DNA of 64,000 nucleotides from a virus: IMG/VR virus record IMGVR_UViG_3300017593_000402, positions 32,001 to 96,000 of that record; one strand, 5' to 3'. Shown piece by piece: positions 53,770 to 64,000 of this stretch (position 1 is its first letter; each line of letters starts with the position of its first letter). The notes under the pieces were generated by a model. It saw only the letters and a program-made list of their open reading frames with translations, ran no database searches and was not told where the DNA came from. The position numbers and the translations under genes were made by a program.

Positions 53770-55489
53770 AAAGATTTTATTTGGCTCTAAAGCGTATGAA
53801 TATCTGCCTTTGGCTAGGCATTTATGGAATAAAATGCCTGAAGGCAAAAAGTCTTATAGGTTTTCTGGAGTGTATATTGATTTAGCCAAAGGCATTAATA
53901 ATTATATTCGTATACGAACGGTTGAAGCTAAAGAAGAAGCCATTTGTTTGTTTGCAACTTATAAATATGACATGTTTGCTAATTATTCTCTTTCAATTTG
54001 GAGAGTAGATTTGCATGGCAATTTAGATATTTTGTTGCTACCTGATACTAGCATTAGAAAGATTAAGAATGGACATCCTGGCGATGTGGCTTGTGGAAGA
54101 TTTAACCATGACAATCCTTCAGAGTTTATTCTCTGCATTCAGGATTCTTCTGTTTTTTATACTACTCTTAACTATGTTGAAGGAACATACAGGGACTGCC
54201 TTGAAGATGTACGAGGAGAAGCTTATCAATATTTTTTTAAGGTGTTATGTGATTTTAAGTCGATGACTATCAATTGTTCTCAGATGACTAAAATTAAATA
54301 TTATGATTATTATTCTCATTTTGGTTGTTATCCAGATTGTAATATTTATTACCCACCAGGTAGTTGGGAATTTAGGTGGAGTTCTGAGAAATGTGAGGGA
54401 GAGAAATCCTGGACTAGAGATTCTATTTTTGACATATTTGTTAATAACGATGGTATAAAAAGATTATTAAGTTCTACTTATTATATGTATCAATGGAACC
54501 CTGTTCAACAAAGATGGAACATACCTCAACAAGAAACTCCTCCGTCTGAATCTAGGCGTGGACATGAAGTTATTCGCAGATTTATCCATTACGAAGGTGG
54601 TAATCAAATTTCATTAGAAGACACAGACCGTTACTCTTATAGTTATAGGAAATGGGGTGGAGATTCTTATTATTTTGGGTGGAAGTTTATTGATCCTCAA
54701 AATCTTATTCAAGATGTATATAATTGTAAGGTTATTAATTCAAAAGCATTTGTTTATTTCAGAAATGATATTGGTGATTCTGCTCATGTACAAATTCGGG
54801 TAACTGATAGTAAATATGGAGACTCTGGTGTTCTTGCTAATTTGACAGTACCTTATGAACCAAAGTACTATGGTAGAGAACATGGAGGTAATTATCCAGT
54901 TTATCCGACTATCACTTTGCTTCGAGACGAAGGAATATCTCTTACTATTGATGCTCGGTTTGTGTCTTTGTTTTCGTGGGCTTTTCATGATTTTCTATCA
55001 TATAGTTTTTGGGTTGGTAGTTTTGCTGATTCTTTGGAAGATAATAATTCTCTATTTGAAAGCCATAATACATGGTTAACTGGCTTTCCTAATCCTTTTA
55101 ACAAAAAGGAATATTTTGGAATTTGGTATAGTGATGTTCCTGATTTTGGAAATGGCGGGCTGGGTTGGTCCGATCCTTATTTTTGGGATGGATTTTTTTG
55201 TATTCCTTTTTCTAGTTGGGATGCAAAAATCTCAGGATGGCATGAAATCAGACCTGTTAAAAAAGAAAACTTTGCTCCATCGCTTTTAAGTCCTTATTTT
55301 AGAAATACAATTATTGTTCCTACTCGTCCTTTTAAAGGTTTTTATGCCAAAGGGTCTGAACCTACGGCTGATTGGGATGCTAATATTTTGTTAGATGCAA
55401 CAGTTGTGCAATCAAAAAACGGAAAAGTATATGTAAACGGTGATATGAAAAAGAATTCAGTAGATAAAACTAAATTACAAATAAAATAG
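53762..55489 (+). CDS. Hypothetical aromatic-rich protein, possible receptor-binding protein
   Basis: 575-aa ORF overlapping the previous stop; Trp/Tyr-rich. Confidence 0.5.
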   Translation: MLKKILFGSKAYEYLPLARHLWNKMPEGKKSYRFSGVYIDLAKGINNYIRIRTVEAKEEAICLFATYKYDMFANYSLSIWRVDLHGNLDILLLPDTSIRKIKNGHPGDVACGRFNHDNPSEFILCIQDSSVFYTTLNYVEGTYRDCLEDVRGEAYQYFFKVLCDFKSMTINCSQMTKIKYYDYYSHFGCYPDCNIYYPPGSWEFRWSSEKCEGEKSWTRDSIFDIFVNNDGIKRLLSSTYYMYQWNPVQQRWNIPQQETPPSESRRGHEVIRRFIHYEGGNQISLEDTDRYSYSYRKWGGDSYYFGWKFIDPQNLIQDVYNCKVINSKAFVYFRNDIGDSAHVQIRVTDSKYGDSGVLANLTVPYEPKYYGREHGGNYPVYPTITLLRDEGISLTIDARFVSLFSWAFHDFLSYSFWVGSFADSLEDNNSLFESHNTWLTGFPNPFNKKEYFGIWYSDVPDFGNGGLGWSDPYFWDGFFCIPFSSWDAKISGWHEIRPVKKENFAPSLLSPYFRNTIIVPTRPFKGFYAKGSEPTADWDANILLDATVVQSKNGKVYVNGDMKKNSVDKTKLQIK

Positions 55490-55500
55490 GAGGGTGTTCT

Positions 55501-56352
55501 ATGGCTCTTAGATTTTCAACTGGTTTGAAAAACATTTTATTGGGACTTACTAGGGATTCAGTAGAAAATGGCAGTTTTACATCAGATACCAGTGGTTGGA
55601 GTGCAATAGACGCAACTTTGGCTTCTGTGTCTGGGGGACAAGATGGTAATTGTTTACAAATAACTAATAATACTTCTGCAAAAGGATATGCTTATCAGGC
55701 TCAGCAAGTTAAAAATGGGCATAGGTATATGCTAGAGTTGTATCACAAAAACGGTACTGGTCAGGGTTTTGTTAAAGTTGGAACATCGCCAAATGATGGT
55801 ACATTTATTGACCTAGCTGCTCTAGACGATTCTGACTGGACTAAGTATTATTTTTTGATAGAAAGTAACATACAAGGAAGCATTTATGTGACATTAGGTG
55901 TAGATGATGATACTTCTGGGCATACTACTCTTTTTGACGAAGTCAAATTTATATGGGAAGCCTCTTCTATTAAAGAAATTTTTAAGAATTCGAAATTGAT
56001 TATTTATACGGGTTCGCAGCCTGCTAGTGCGGATGATGCTCCTACTGGAACTAAATTAGTTGAGATTACCAAAAATGGTTCTGGAAACTTTGATCTAGAG
56101 TTTGATGAGGCTGATGATGGTTCTATTAATAAAATTCCAGGCGACAATTGGAGTGGTCAAGCTATAAGTAGTGGAACTGCTGGGTGGTTTCGGTTATTAG
56201 TTAATGGCGACACTGAAGTATATAATACTAATGATCCTCGTATAGATGGGGCTGTAGGTACGAGTAATGCCGAGTTAATTATGGCAGATACTAATATAGT
56301 AACTGATTCAGTTCAAACTATTTCAGTTTTTAGGTTGAGTGTTTCTGTCTAA
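55501..56352 (+). CDS. Virion structural protein (paralog 2, CBM_4_9-like insert)
   Basis: RFSTG...[VENGSFTSDTSGW...FDEVKF]...IYTGSQPASADDAPTG...SGTAGWFRL...RIDGAVGT. Confidence 0.65.
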   Translation: MALRFSTGLKNILLGLTRDSVENGSFTSDTSGWSAIDATLASVSGGQDGNCLQITNNTSAKGYAYQAQQVKNGHRYMLELYHKNGTGQGFVKVGTSPNDGTFIDLAALDDSDWTKYYFLIESNIQGSIYVTLGVDDDTSGHTTLFDEVKFIWEASSIKEIFKNSKLIIYTGSQPASADDAPTGTKLVEITKNGSGNFDLEFDEADDGSINKIPGDNWSGQAISSGTAGWFRLLVNGDTEVYNTNDPRIDGAVGTSNAELIMADTNIVTDSVQTISVFRLSVSV

Positions 56353-58682
56353 TGGGCGTTAAAGATTCAGTTATTTTTGGTGCTAGTAGCTACAAAACTT
56401 CTGGCGGTGCAACCTCTATGGGAGGTTTGTACTACAATGGGTATATTTATGTTTTAGGTTTTAATCCTGATGAAAACACTGTTTATTTAACTAAATCAGA
56501 TGTAGCAGGAAATAGGCTGTGGGAACTACCTTTCTATAGTTCTGAAACTTGGTATGCTGGTGATGGTTACGATGCAGGTGCTCCTCTTATTTGTAACGGC
56601 AGAATTTATTACAAAAATCAAATAAATAATACTATTTGTTGGGTACCTTTTTCTGATCCTATAATACCAAATCAGACTTCTACTAAAATATTGGATTGTG
56701 GTGGAGCTGAAACTGATTATCATTCAGTAGGGCACAAATATTGGTTTGGGAATTTGATTAAAGGAGAATATATTTTTCATATAGAGCGTGATGCGCATAC
56801 TATTTTAGTTACTGATTTAGATGGAAATTTTATTGGGAGATTTGGAGAATATGGAACCGATTTAGGACAATTTACGTATCCTAGTTGGGCTATGTATTAT
56901 CCTCCAGATCGTATTTATACTTGTGAGCTTTCTCCTGGGAGGAAGGTTACAGAATGGAGGGTAGAATCATGGCAAGACCCTTTTATTATAACACCTGTAG
57001 CTATAAGGTTAGATTTTAGAGAAAGCGGTCATGCTTACGATCGTTTAGGGGGATGTGCTTATAGAAATAATCAATTTTTTCTTTTTCATTTTTATCCTGC
57101 GTGGATGGGTTTAAGTTTCTATCGAATAGAAGAAGATTTTTCTTTAGTTTATGATTCATCAGTTAAAATAACTTACCCTGGAGTGTCTTATAACACTTAT
57201 TATGGTTTAGGTGTTTTTGCAGATGATACCAAAGTCGTGTGTTTTCCCAATCGAGGCGGAAGTGTTTGGGCTTTTGCTGGGACTATTACTGCTATAGAAA
57301 ACGGCTTGGACGAAGATTTTTCAGTTGACATTTATGCTATGATTTCTGGGGTAGGCATAGATGTCAATTTTTCTTTGGAAAGTGGTATTCCCCAGGCATT
57401 TGGAGATTTAAATTTTGAATTAACTGCCGAAGGATATATTCAACAGAATGCTTTTGATGAAAAGTTTTTCTTTTCTGCTGAGGCTTTATGTGGTCATTAT
57501 GATATGATCGCTGACTTCGGTTTTAATTTGGTTAGTGGGGAGTACGGTGTTAGAGATACATTTGGGTTTGATTTATTTGCTAGCCAGAATCATTTAGAAG
57601 AATTATTTGGTTTTGAACTTTATACTGAAACTTCTATAACTAAATTTTCTGAATTGGAAGAAGCTTTTGGTTTTGAATTATTAGGCAGTTCTCCCCATAG
57701 TGGAAAGTTATCTTTAGAACTTGAAACTTTTGAATTTCATGGTTTTGCTGCAACAGATTTAATCGCAGATTGTCAGTTAACACTCGAATCTCTAAATCTC
57801 TTTTCATATGAAGGTCTGACCAGTACGTTAATGCTTCCTTCTTTGGAAGTAAACGCTGCTGTTTTTGTACCAGCTATTGCTAGTGGCAGTCTTGTTTTGT
57901 CTGGACCGAGTATTACCTCTACTCTTTCTGTACCTATTTCTGCTTCTGCGGAACTGAAATTGGAAAATCTAGCAGCGACGGGCCTTGCTCTTATTCACGG
58001 ACAACTAAATGGAAATTTGATACTGCCTTTGCTGTCCACTCAAGGTATTATGTCAATGGGAGCATCTGCGGGGCAATTAGAGGTTGTTCTAAACAATGTT
58101 CAAATTCAAAGCTGGACCGCAGTAGTTCCTTCTGTAGCAGGTACTTTAACTATGCCTGCGGTAGATGTTTTTGCTTCGCAAACTATTGAGTTATATAGTA
58201 TTTCTGAACTTTATGACGGAACTTCAATAATCCATATCTCTAATGGGAGTTATAGCCAAGTAGATTTGTCATCCTTACCTGAGTTAGAGGAAGATTTGTT
58301 TGATATTCAGGGAATAGCTATAAATTTGCGAACTACAGCAATTAGTAAAATAGGTTATCCTTCTGACTATAACGTAATTGATCTTGGGTATTTAGATGTG
58401 CATAAAGGAGCAGTCAATGACTACTTAGTATTTTTCTTGTTTGGTGATATGCCTACTCAAGAAAATTTAGTAGGACGATTAATAGTAGGTGATTATTCTT
58501 ATGAAATAAAACAATGGATTAGCGAAGGAGAGTGGAGAGTAGTAGTTGGTAAGGGCATTACTAAGCGATTTTTTAGAGACCCAAGCAAACGCTATCAAAG
58601 AGTTATATTGCAATTGAAAAAAGATTTTGAGCTTAAAGGATTAAGTATTTTAGCTACTCCAAATCCCAGGAGATTACGTTAA
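56352..58682 (+). CDS. Tail protein with NHL-type beta-propeller and beta-repeat stalk
   Basis: DLDGNFIGRFGEYGTDLGQFTYP NHL-like repeat; FGFEL repeats; C-terminal RVVVGKGI. Confidence 0.55.
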   Translation: MGVKDSVIFGASSYKTSGGATSMGGLYYNGYIYVLGFNPDENTVYLTKSDVAGNRLWELPFYSSETWYAGDGYDAGAPLICNGRIYYKNQINNTICWVPFSDPIIPNQTSTKILDCGGAETDYHSVGHKYWFGNLIKGEYIFHIERDAHTILVTDLDGNFIGRFGEYGTDLGQFTYPSWAMYYPPDRIYTCELSPGRKVTEWRVESWQDPFIITPVAIRLDFRESGHAYDRLGGCAYRNNQFFLFHFYPAWMGLSFYRIEEDFSLVYDSSVKITYPGVSYNTYYGLGVFADDTKVVCFPNRGGSVWAFAGTITAIENGLDEDFSVDIYAMISGVGIDVNFSLESGIPQAFGDLNFELTAEGYIQQNAFDEKFFFSAEALCGHYDMIADFGFNLVSGEYGVRDTFGFDLFASQNHLEELFGFELYTETSITKFSELEEAFGFELLGSSPHSGKLSLELETFEFHGFAATDLIADCQLTLESLNLFSYEGLTSTLMLPSLEVNAAVFVPAIASGSLVLSGPSITSTLSVPISASAELKLENLAATGLALIHGQLNGNLILPLLSTQGIMSMGASAGQLEVVLNNVQIQSWTAVVPSVAGTLTMPAVDVFASQTIELYSISELYDGTSIIHISNGSYSQVDLSSLPELEEDLFDIQGIAINLRTTAISKIGYPSDYNVIDLGYLDVHKGAVNDYLVFFLFGDMPTQENLVGRLIVGDYSYEIKQWISEGEWRVVVGKGITKRFFRDPSKRYQRVILQLKKDFELKGLSILATPNPRRLR

Positions 58683-60677
58683 ATGAACATCAATGACCTT
58701 TTGGGTTTTTATTCATCTATTACTGATACAATTAATTTTGTAAGTGGAGAAATATCTAGTTTTGCTGAAGAGGTTAGTGATGTAATTAATTTTGATTTTA
58801 GTGTGCCAGAGCCAACTGAATTTCCTACGAATTTAACTAGATATTCTGACCCATTGGTTGATTTTTCACATTTACCTCAGCTAACTTCAGATTATCCTGA
58901 TTTTGAGGCGTCTCCTGAAAATTATAAGGCGACAATAACTGAATTGCGCCATGCAGTAGATGGTCTTTTAAATACACTCCAAGATATTACGCCTGATTTG
59001 GGTTGTTTTGAATTAAATTCTTTACCCGATCCTCCTAATACTGATATTAATCCTGATTACCCTTCTTTGACATTGGAGTTTGGGAATATACCTTCTCCTC
59101 CAAATATTCCTGACTTAAATATTCCTTCCATACCAAATTTAGAAGAGATTTCGGTTGCAAAAGAAAAACACGTTGTTGAGGATATAATAAGTTATTTTGA
59201 GTCTCTAGCAAATTATATCGGTCAGATCAAACAACTTTTACAGAATCAGTCAATAGATGTTGATACAGACTTTCCTAATGGGGTAAATATCGCTCCTGCT
59301 AAAAAGACTTTAGAAGATTGGTTAGAATGTGATTATAATCCAACTATGACTAAATTAACCAATATAGATTTAGACGGCCTTGCTGATGCAGTAGCTGGTA
59401 CGAATATTGATAGTTACAGATATTATATGCTTCCAGATGGATTTGTCGAGGCTGTTATGGATTTTGCGGAAAACATAGAAGGACTGGATTTAATACGTAA
59501 AGAACCTCTTTCTTATTTAGATTCTTTGAGACTCAGCCGAGAAATAGAAGATATATTAGGTGAGGCTACTGTTAGAGGTTTTAACGAGGATGTAATAGAT
59601 GAAAGAGTAGCCTATGATATTACTTTACACAGAATTCAAACACAGCTTGGTCTTACTGAGAAAAAAGGAAAGATACTGTCTTCGTGTAGTGAACAAATGT
59701 GGAAGGCTGTTGACAGAAAGCCAAAACTTTATAATCAGTTATCTACTTGGCTTCTTGTGTCTTATTATTCTCTTGTTGATAATATACTTAAACTATATCA
59801 AGTTAAAATTAAAACTATTCAGGAAAGGATAGACTTAGTTGACAAAGCTATAAAAGCGAACCAGTCTAGGTTACAAATTCTTTCTGCTTCTGCCTTAAAT
59901 CTTTTTGCTAATATTGAAACTCAAATTCGTAATTTTGTGTCTAAATTAAAATCCCAGGTGTTAGAAATTCAAAGCGAAACTTTGATTTCGCAAGCTGATC
60001 TTTTAGAATCTCAGGCAATAGTCAAAAAAATTACAGAATATGTTCAAAAAATAAGAATTACAGAAGCAAAGCTCAAAGAAATTCAGTCAAGACTTAGTTT
60101 GTATGAAGTTAAAGCAGGATTATTTGAAAGCCAGCTTCGATTTGAAGTCTTAAAGAATAATCAAGTAATACTCGAAAACCAGAATAATGTTTTGTCTACG
60201 TTAACTCAGTTTATTGATTATGATAAGCTTGTAGAGCAATATAGGTTACTAGCCAACATACAAGAAGGAAAATTAAGTGTGTTTAATGATTATATTTCTT
60301 ATTTGATTACAGTAGTATCTAAGCTAACTCAAACACCAAAAGTGGTTAAACTTAGAGGCAGACTAAAAAACCTCCAAGCACAAATAAACAAATTTTTAGT
60401 TCAGAGACAAGCAAAAGATACTGTTATGAATACTTGGCAAGCTTCTCTTTCTGATCGGTGGACTGTTGATTCTTATGACTATAAAAAATTAATGCAAAAA
60501 ATAGTTTATGATGCTCAGGCTGCTGTTACTTTTGCTGAAACTCATTTAATAGATAGAATGGCCAAGGCTTCTGGGAAATTTAATACTTTAGGAGAGTATT
60601 ACTCTAAAAAAGTGGCAGGAGCTTTGTCTGCTGCCCATACAGTTGTTGGAATAACTAACAGGATACTGGAAGGATAA
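58683..60677 (+). CDS. Acidic Pro-rich + long coiled-coil virion protein (paralog 1; possible internal/ejection protein)
   Basis: PxxP-rich acidic N-half, heptad C-half, ends VAGALSAAH. Confidence 0.5.
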   Translation: MNINDLLGFYSSITDTINFVSGEISSFAEEVSDVINFDFSVPEPTEFPTNLTRYSDPLVDFSHLPQLTSDYPDFEASPENYKATITELRHAVDGLLNTLQDITPDLGCFELNSLPDPPNTDINPDYPSLTLEFGNIPSPPNIPDLNIPSIPNLEEISVAKEKHVVEDIISYFESLANYIGQIKQLLQNQSIDVDTDFPNGVNIAPAKKTLEDWLECDYNPTMTKLTNIDLDGLADAVAGTNIDSYRYYMLPDGFVEAVMDFAENIEGLDLIRKEPLSYLDSLRLSREIEDILGEATVRGFNEDVIDERVAYDITLHRIQTQLGLTEKKGKILSSCSEQMWKAVDRKPKLYNQLSTWLLVSYYSLVDNILKLYQVKIKTIQERIDLVDKAIKANQSRLQILSASALNLFANIETQIRNFVSKLKSQVLEIQSETLISQADLLESQAIVKKITEYVQKIRITEAKLKEIQSRLSLYEVKAGLFESQLRFEVLKNNQVILENQNNVLSTLTQFIDYDKLVEQYRLLANIQEGKLSVFNDYISYLITVVSKLTQTPKVVKLRGRLKNLQAQINKFLVQRQAKDTVMNTWQASLSDRWTVDSYDYKKLMQKIVYDAQAAVTFAETHLIDRMAKASGKFNTLGEYYSKKVAGALSAAHTVVGITNRILEG

Positions 60678-60678
60678 A

Positions 60679-62556
60679 ATGAGTTACGATGTAACCTCTC
60701 TTATTTCGGAAAGACTTGATGCTATTGAACACGGAGCGGCTACTACTACAGGAGCGATTAATAGTTTTTTGGATGAGTTTTTGCACAGAGGTGGAATAAG
60801 CATTAGTCTTGCTCCAATTAAAGATTTGCCTATTCAGGTTGAACCTATTCCTGACTTACCAGAGGAAATAAATGTTTCTGATTTAGATTATATTCCTACT
60901 GATTTAACTTTTCCTGATCATCCTATAGAAGAATTTGATTTAAACGAGCTTGTTTCTGAATTTGATTCTATTTCTACAGAAATAGGGCAGAATATAGACA
61001 AACCTCTTATTAGTTCTGTATCTCAAGCTTTAGATTCTATTTCTATGCCTGAAATTCCTGACGATTTAGATTCCATAACTGAACCTTCGTTAGAAGCAAT
61101 TTCTTTGCCTACGCTGCCTTCGTTTGATAAAGTGTCGGTTCCTTATCCAGAATCAATTACAACTGAGTTTTCTCCTGCGGATATACCTTCTCTTGCATTT
61201 ATTGAAACGCAACAGTTATTTAAAGAATTTGATTCTCTTTTACAAAAAGATTTGCAATTTTCTAGGTATGCACATGAATTGATAAGAGATAGACGCTCTC
61301 GAATTAAGGAGTTAATAAATTTTTACGAACGAGTTTTGAATATTCTCAAAACTACCAATCCTCTCCAAAGAGTTGAAAAAGTTATCAATGAAATAAATTT
61401 TATTGTAGATGAGGGAGAGAAAAGATTTATTAGTCCTATTTATGAGAGATACAGTTCTTTTGCTTCTAAAGATGTCAGAGATAAGTTAGAGAATTTGTAT
61501 TACCAGGCCAAAATTTTGAGTACGGGTCAATTGAAAGAAAAATACTTTAGTGAAAACGTTTTCACTGACCGTGATAAAGAAGATGAAATAGAATCTTTAG
61601 AACTTCAACTCAAGGAAGACTTAGATAAACACGAGACTGCTTATATAGATGCCTGCATTCAAGTTTGGAATGTTACTACTTCATATGTTCTTTTGTATGT
61701 AACCAAATTATTAATAGAATTTCAGCAAAGGCTTAATTATGAAAATATTTTGGTTCAGCTCCATGAGGACCTAAGTAAAGCAATTTTGAGATATTATGAT
61801 ATGTATAATGCTTTGCTCCAAGCTGAAAATACACAATTAGATAAGTTCAAAGCTGTTTTGAATAGAGCTAGTATGGAGTTAGATAAAATTCAATCAATTC
61901 TTGAAAAGAACAACGCCTATATAGAGGCTTATGCTGCTCAGGTTAGAGGGCTCCAAACTTTGGTTGATAAGTATAATGTAGATAGAAGACTATACCAAGC
62001 TCAGCTTGCTGAAAGATCATCTAGAGTAGATTTAGCTAGAAGCGTTTATCAAAACAATCAAGCTAAAGTTGATTTATATCAAAGAGCTGTAGCTCTGGTT
62101 AACAAGCTTTATGGTCTAAGACAAGAAAAAGTGAGAGATATTCTTAACAGAGGTAGAATTAAATTGGGGTTTGCTAAAGCTCAACAACAGTTAGACGTGA
62201 CAGTTTCTAAAGCTTTGGAAAACATTTATAATATTTATGGTGATATTATGGAAGTAGATATAGACAGATATAAAGCTGAATATAATAATATTTTGAATGA
62301 TAGTATTTTGGATTATAAAACTAAAGTTAGATTGAATGCGGAACGAGCTAATTTATTAAAACAAGCTTACTCTGTGTTTCTCCAAAAAGTGGGGCAAGAA
62401 GATAGGTATATTTTAACAAGTACTCGATTGATCAATGATATGGCAAACAGATTAGCTATGGAAGCTTTTAGGCCTTTGGCTTCTATGTCTTCTGGATTAT
62501 TGAGTGCTATTGATGCTGTTGTTAATGGGTTATACGAATTTGTAGCTGAGGGATAA
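60679..62556 (+). CDS. Acidic Pro-rich + long coiled-coil virion protein (paralog 2)
   Basis: Same architecture as the upstream gene; ends SSGLLSAID. Confidence 0.5.
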   Translation: MSYDVTSLISERLDAIEHGAATTTGAINSFLDEFLHRGGISISLAPIKDLPIQVEPIPDLPEEINVSDLDYIPTDLTFPDHPIEEFDLNELVSEFDSISTEIGQNIDKPLISSVSQALDSISMPEIPDDLDSITEPSLEAISLPTLPSFDKVSVPYPESITTEFSPADIPSLAFIETQQLFKEFDSLLQKDLQFSRYAHELIRDRRSRIKELINFYERVLNILKTTNPLQRVEKVINEINFIVDEGEKRFISPIYERYSSFASKDVRDKLENLYYQAKILSTGQLKEKYFSENVFTDRDKEDEIESLELQLKEDLDKHETAYIDACIQVWNVTTSYVLLYVTKLLIEFQQRLNYENILVQLHEDLSKAILRYYDMYNALLQAENTQLDKFKAVLNRASMELDKIQSILEKNNAYIEAYAAQVRGLQTLVDKYNVDRRLYQAQLAERSSRVDLARSVYQNNQAKVDLYQRAVALVNKLYGLRQEKVRDILNRGRIKLGFAKAQQQLDVTVSKALENIYNIYGDIMEVDIDRYKAEYNNILNDSILDYKTKVRLNAERANLLKQAYSVFLQKVGQEDRYILTSTRLINDMANRLAMEAFRPLASMSSGLLSAIDAVVNGLYEFVAEG

Positions 62557-62557
62557 A

Positions 62558-63568
62558 ATGCCTCGTTATTATGATCCAAATAAGCCTGTAAAAATAGACA
62601 AAAAACTGATTGAACAAGAAGCTCTCCAGACTCCTTGGATAGACCCTATTGATTTATTGACGTTTGGACGTGGAATTCTAGGCAAGGCTGGTGTAAAAGG
62701 AGCTGGAGAGGCTTTGAGTGCATTATCTATTAAAGGAGCGTCGAAAATGGGGCTAGCTAACAAAGCATTTAGTTTAGGAGGTAAGGCTCTAAAGAAAGGA
62801 TGGCCTGTGTTATTAGGCTATGCTTTAGGTTCTATGGGTGGTAAAGGTGAAAAACAAGAAGCTTTGCCTTCTGTAGAAAAACCTGCTCTTACTAGAGAGC
62901 AATTTCAAAGCTTTGTTGATCAAATTAATAGCATTTTAGGCGGAGGTATTCCTATTAATGAGTATTCTAGGCAGGCTGTAGAGCTAGCAACTAAAGCCTT
63001 GCCTACGCTGCAAGCCGCTTATACTCCTGTTATTGAAAGCGGCAGGGAAGCTGCAAAACGTTTAACTAAATTAACCTCAGCTATTCCTCTGACAACTACG
63101 CAAGGGCCGAGCTATTATGATACAGGACTACTAGACGTAATGGGTTCGCAGATTTCCAGGTTGCTAAGCCAGGCCCAACCTGCCGATATGAGTTTTGGTT
63201 CTTTATTAAGAGCTAAATACGCCAGGCGTGCTTTGCAAACAGCTCTGCCTACTTATGCAAGTCTGATAAATGCTGGGCGTCGATCAGTAGCCCCTTCATC
63301 TGTAGTGCCTAATTTAATAACTGCTGCTTATACTGCACAAACACAACCGCAACTTAATATGCTTGCTGCTTTGCCTCAGCTTCTTACAACAGCACAGACT
63401 ACTTTGCGTCAAATTGGAGCAGGACAACAGGCAAAGGCAGCTATGCTTCTCAATACATTGTTAGGGAGCCAAAACCGTATGGACGTAGCTACTTTAACTG
63501 CTTTAACAAGACTAGGTGCGCTTGATCCTACAATCAGAGATTTAATTCTTCAAAATTATATTCAATAA
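62558..63568 (+). CDS. Probable internal virion (DNA ejection) protein
   Basis: Ala/Gly/Gln/Leu-rich with Gly-rich hydrophobic stretches; position in a podovirus-like module. Confidence 0.5.
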   Translation: MPRYYDPNKPVKIDKKLIEQEALQTPWIDPIDLLTFGRGILGKAGVKGAGEALSALSIKGASKMGLANKAFSLGGKALKKGWPVLLGYALGSMGGKGEKQEALPSVEKPALTREQFQSFVDQINSILGGGIPINEYSRQAVELATKALPTLQAAYTPVIESGREAAKRLTKLTSAIPLTTTQGPSYYDTGLLDVMGSQISRLLSQAQPADMSFGSLLRAKYARRALQTALPTYASLINAGRRSVAPSSVVPNLITAAYTAQTQPQLNMLAALPQLLTTAQTTLRQIGAGQQAKAAMLLNTLLGSQNRMDVATLTALTRLGALDPTIRDLILQNYIQ

Positions 63569-63580
63569 GGAGAAAAACAA

Positions 63581-64000
63581 ATGCCTAATAATGCTCTTGC
63601 AGAACTTATAGCAAGAAGAATGTTAGGACTTCCTTTGCAGGGAGACTTAAATCTGCCTTCTGAGCAGGAGCAAGTAGGATTACCTCCTACTCCTGTTTCT
63701 CAATTACCACAAACTGCTATTCCTGCTGGAACTGCATTGGTTCAAGTTCCCCAAGCCCCTACTATGAGACAAGTAGTGGGTGAAGAGGAATCGTGGCCTA
63801 GTATTCTTGCTAAGTCTGCTGCTAGCGGATTAAGCCAAGTTGCTACAGGTGCGTTGGGAGCGGCATCAGGTATTTTGGAAAATTTAGGAGCTAATACTCA
63901 AGAGCTTCAAAATCTGGCTAATGAAATCAATCAAGCTTTGGCTCCTAAAGTAGGTAAAAGTAGAGCTAAATCATGGGTTGCTGGAATTATCCAGTCTACA
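63581..64000 (+). CDS. 3'-truncated ORF, probable large internal virion protein
   Basis: RBS AAGGAG, ATG 63581, open to the window end (MPNNALAELIARRMLG...SAASGLSQVATGALGAASG). Confidence 0.65.
   Translation, partial: MPNNALAELIARRMLGLPLQGDLNLPSEQEQVGLPPTPVSQLPQTAIPAGTALVQVPQAPTMRQVVGEEESWPSILAKSAASGLSQVATGALGAASGILENLGANTQELQNLANEINQALAPKVGKSRAKSWVAGIIQST

Noticed and set aside
1-64000. tRNA/rRNA genes, CRISPR arrays, integrase/att sites, diversity-generating retroelement, stop-codon reassignment
   Set aside because: None seen by eye: intergenic gaps are short, there is no RT or integrase motif, and TAA, TAG and TGA all end tightly packed genes

Overview
The window is entirely tailed-virus (Caudoviricetes) DNA, almost all on the + strand, with no host housekeeping genes. 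A peptidoglycan-type endolysin, sigma70-like promoters and GGAGG RBSs point to a bacterial host. It holds two different virion gene sets back to back. Module A (~1-45.3 kb, higher GC) is siphovirus-like. It opens with accessory genes: SpeD, an intein-split metallo-beta-lactamase, a zincin, a glycosyltransferase, a catalytically degenerate SqdB-like protein, REC-GAF and a nucleotidyltransferase. These are followed by a 1422-aa portal-MuF(intein)-zincin fusion, TerS/TerL, a LigD-type phosphoesterase-like protein, protease/scaffold, major capsid protein and neck genes. The tail region has a tail tube gene split by a group I intron, frameshifted tail chaperones, a 2205-aa tape measure, tail tip genes with an embedded glycosyltransferase, and lysis genes. 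Module B (~47-64 kb, AT-richer) is podovirus-like: scaffold, a second unrelated major capsid protein, decoration protein, adaptor, tail proteins and probable ejection proteins, but no portal or terminase of its own in this window. The best-supported hidden element is the group I intron (21946-23134). Its helices can be paired base by base, it hides a 15-codon exon missed by the ORF track, and a single ORF threads two LAGLIDADG insertions through the ribozyme core. All family calls are by-eye motif recognition; no searches were run.
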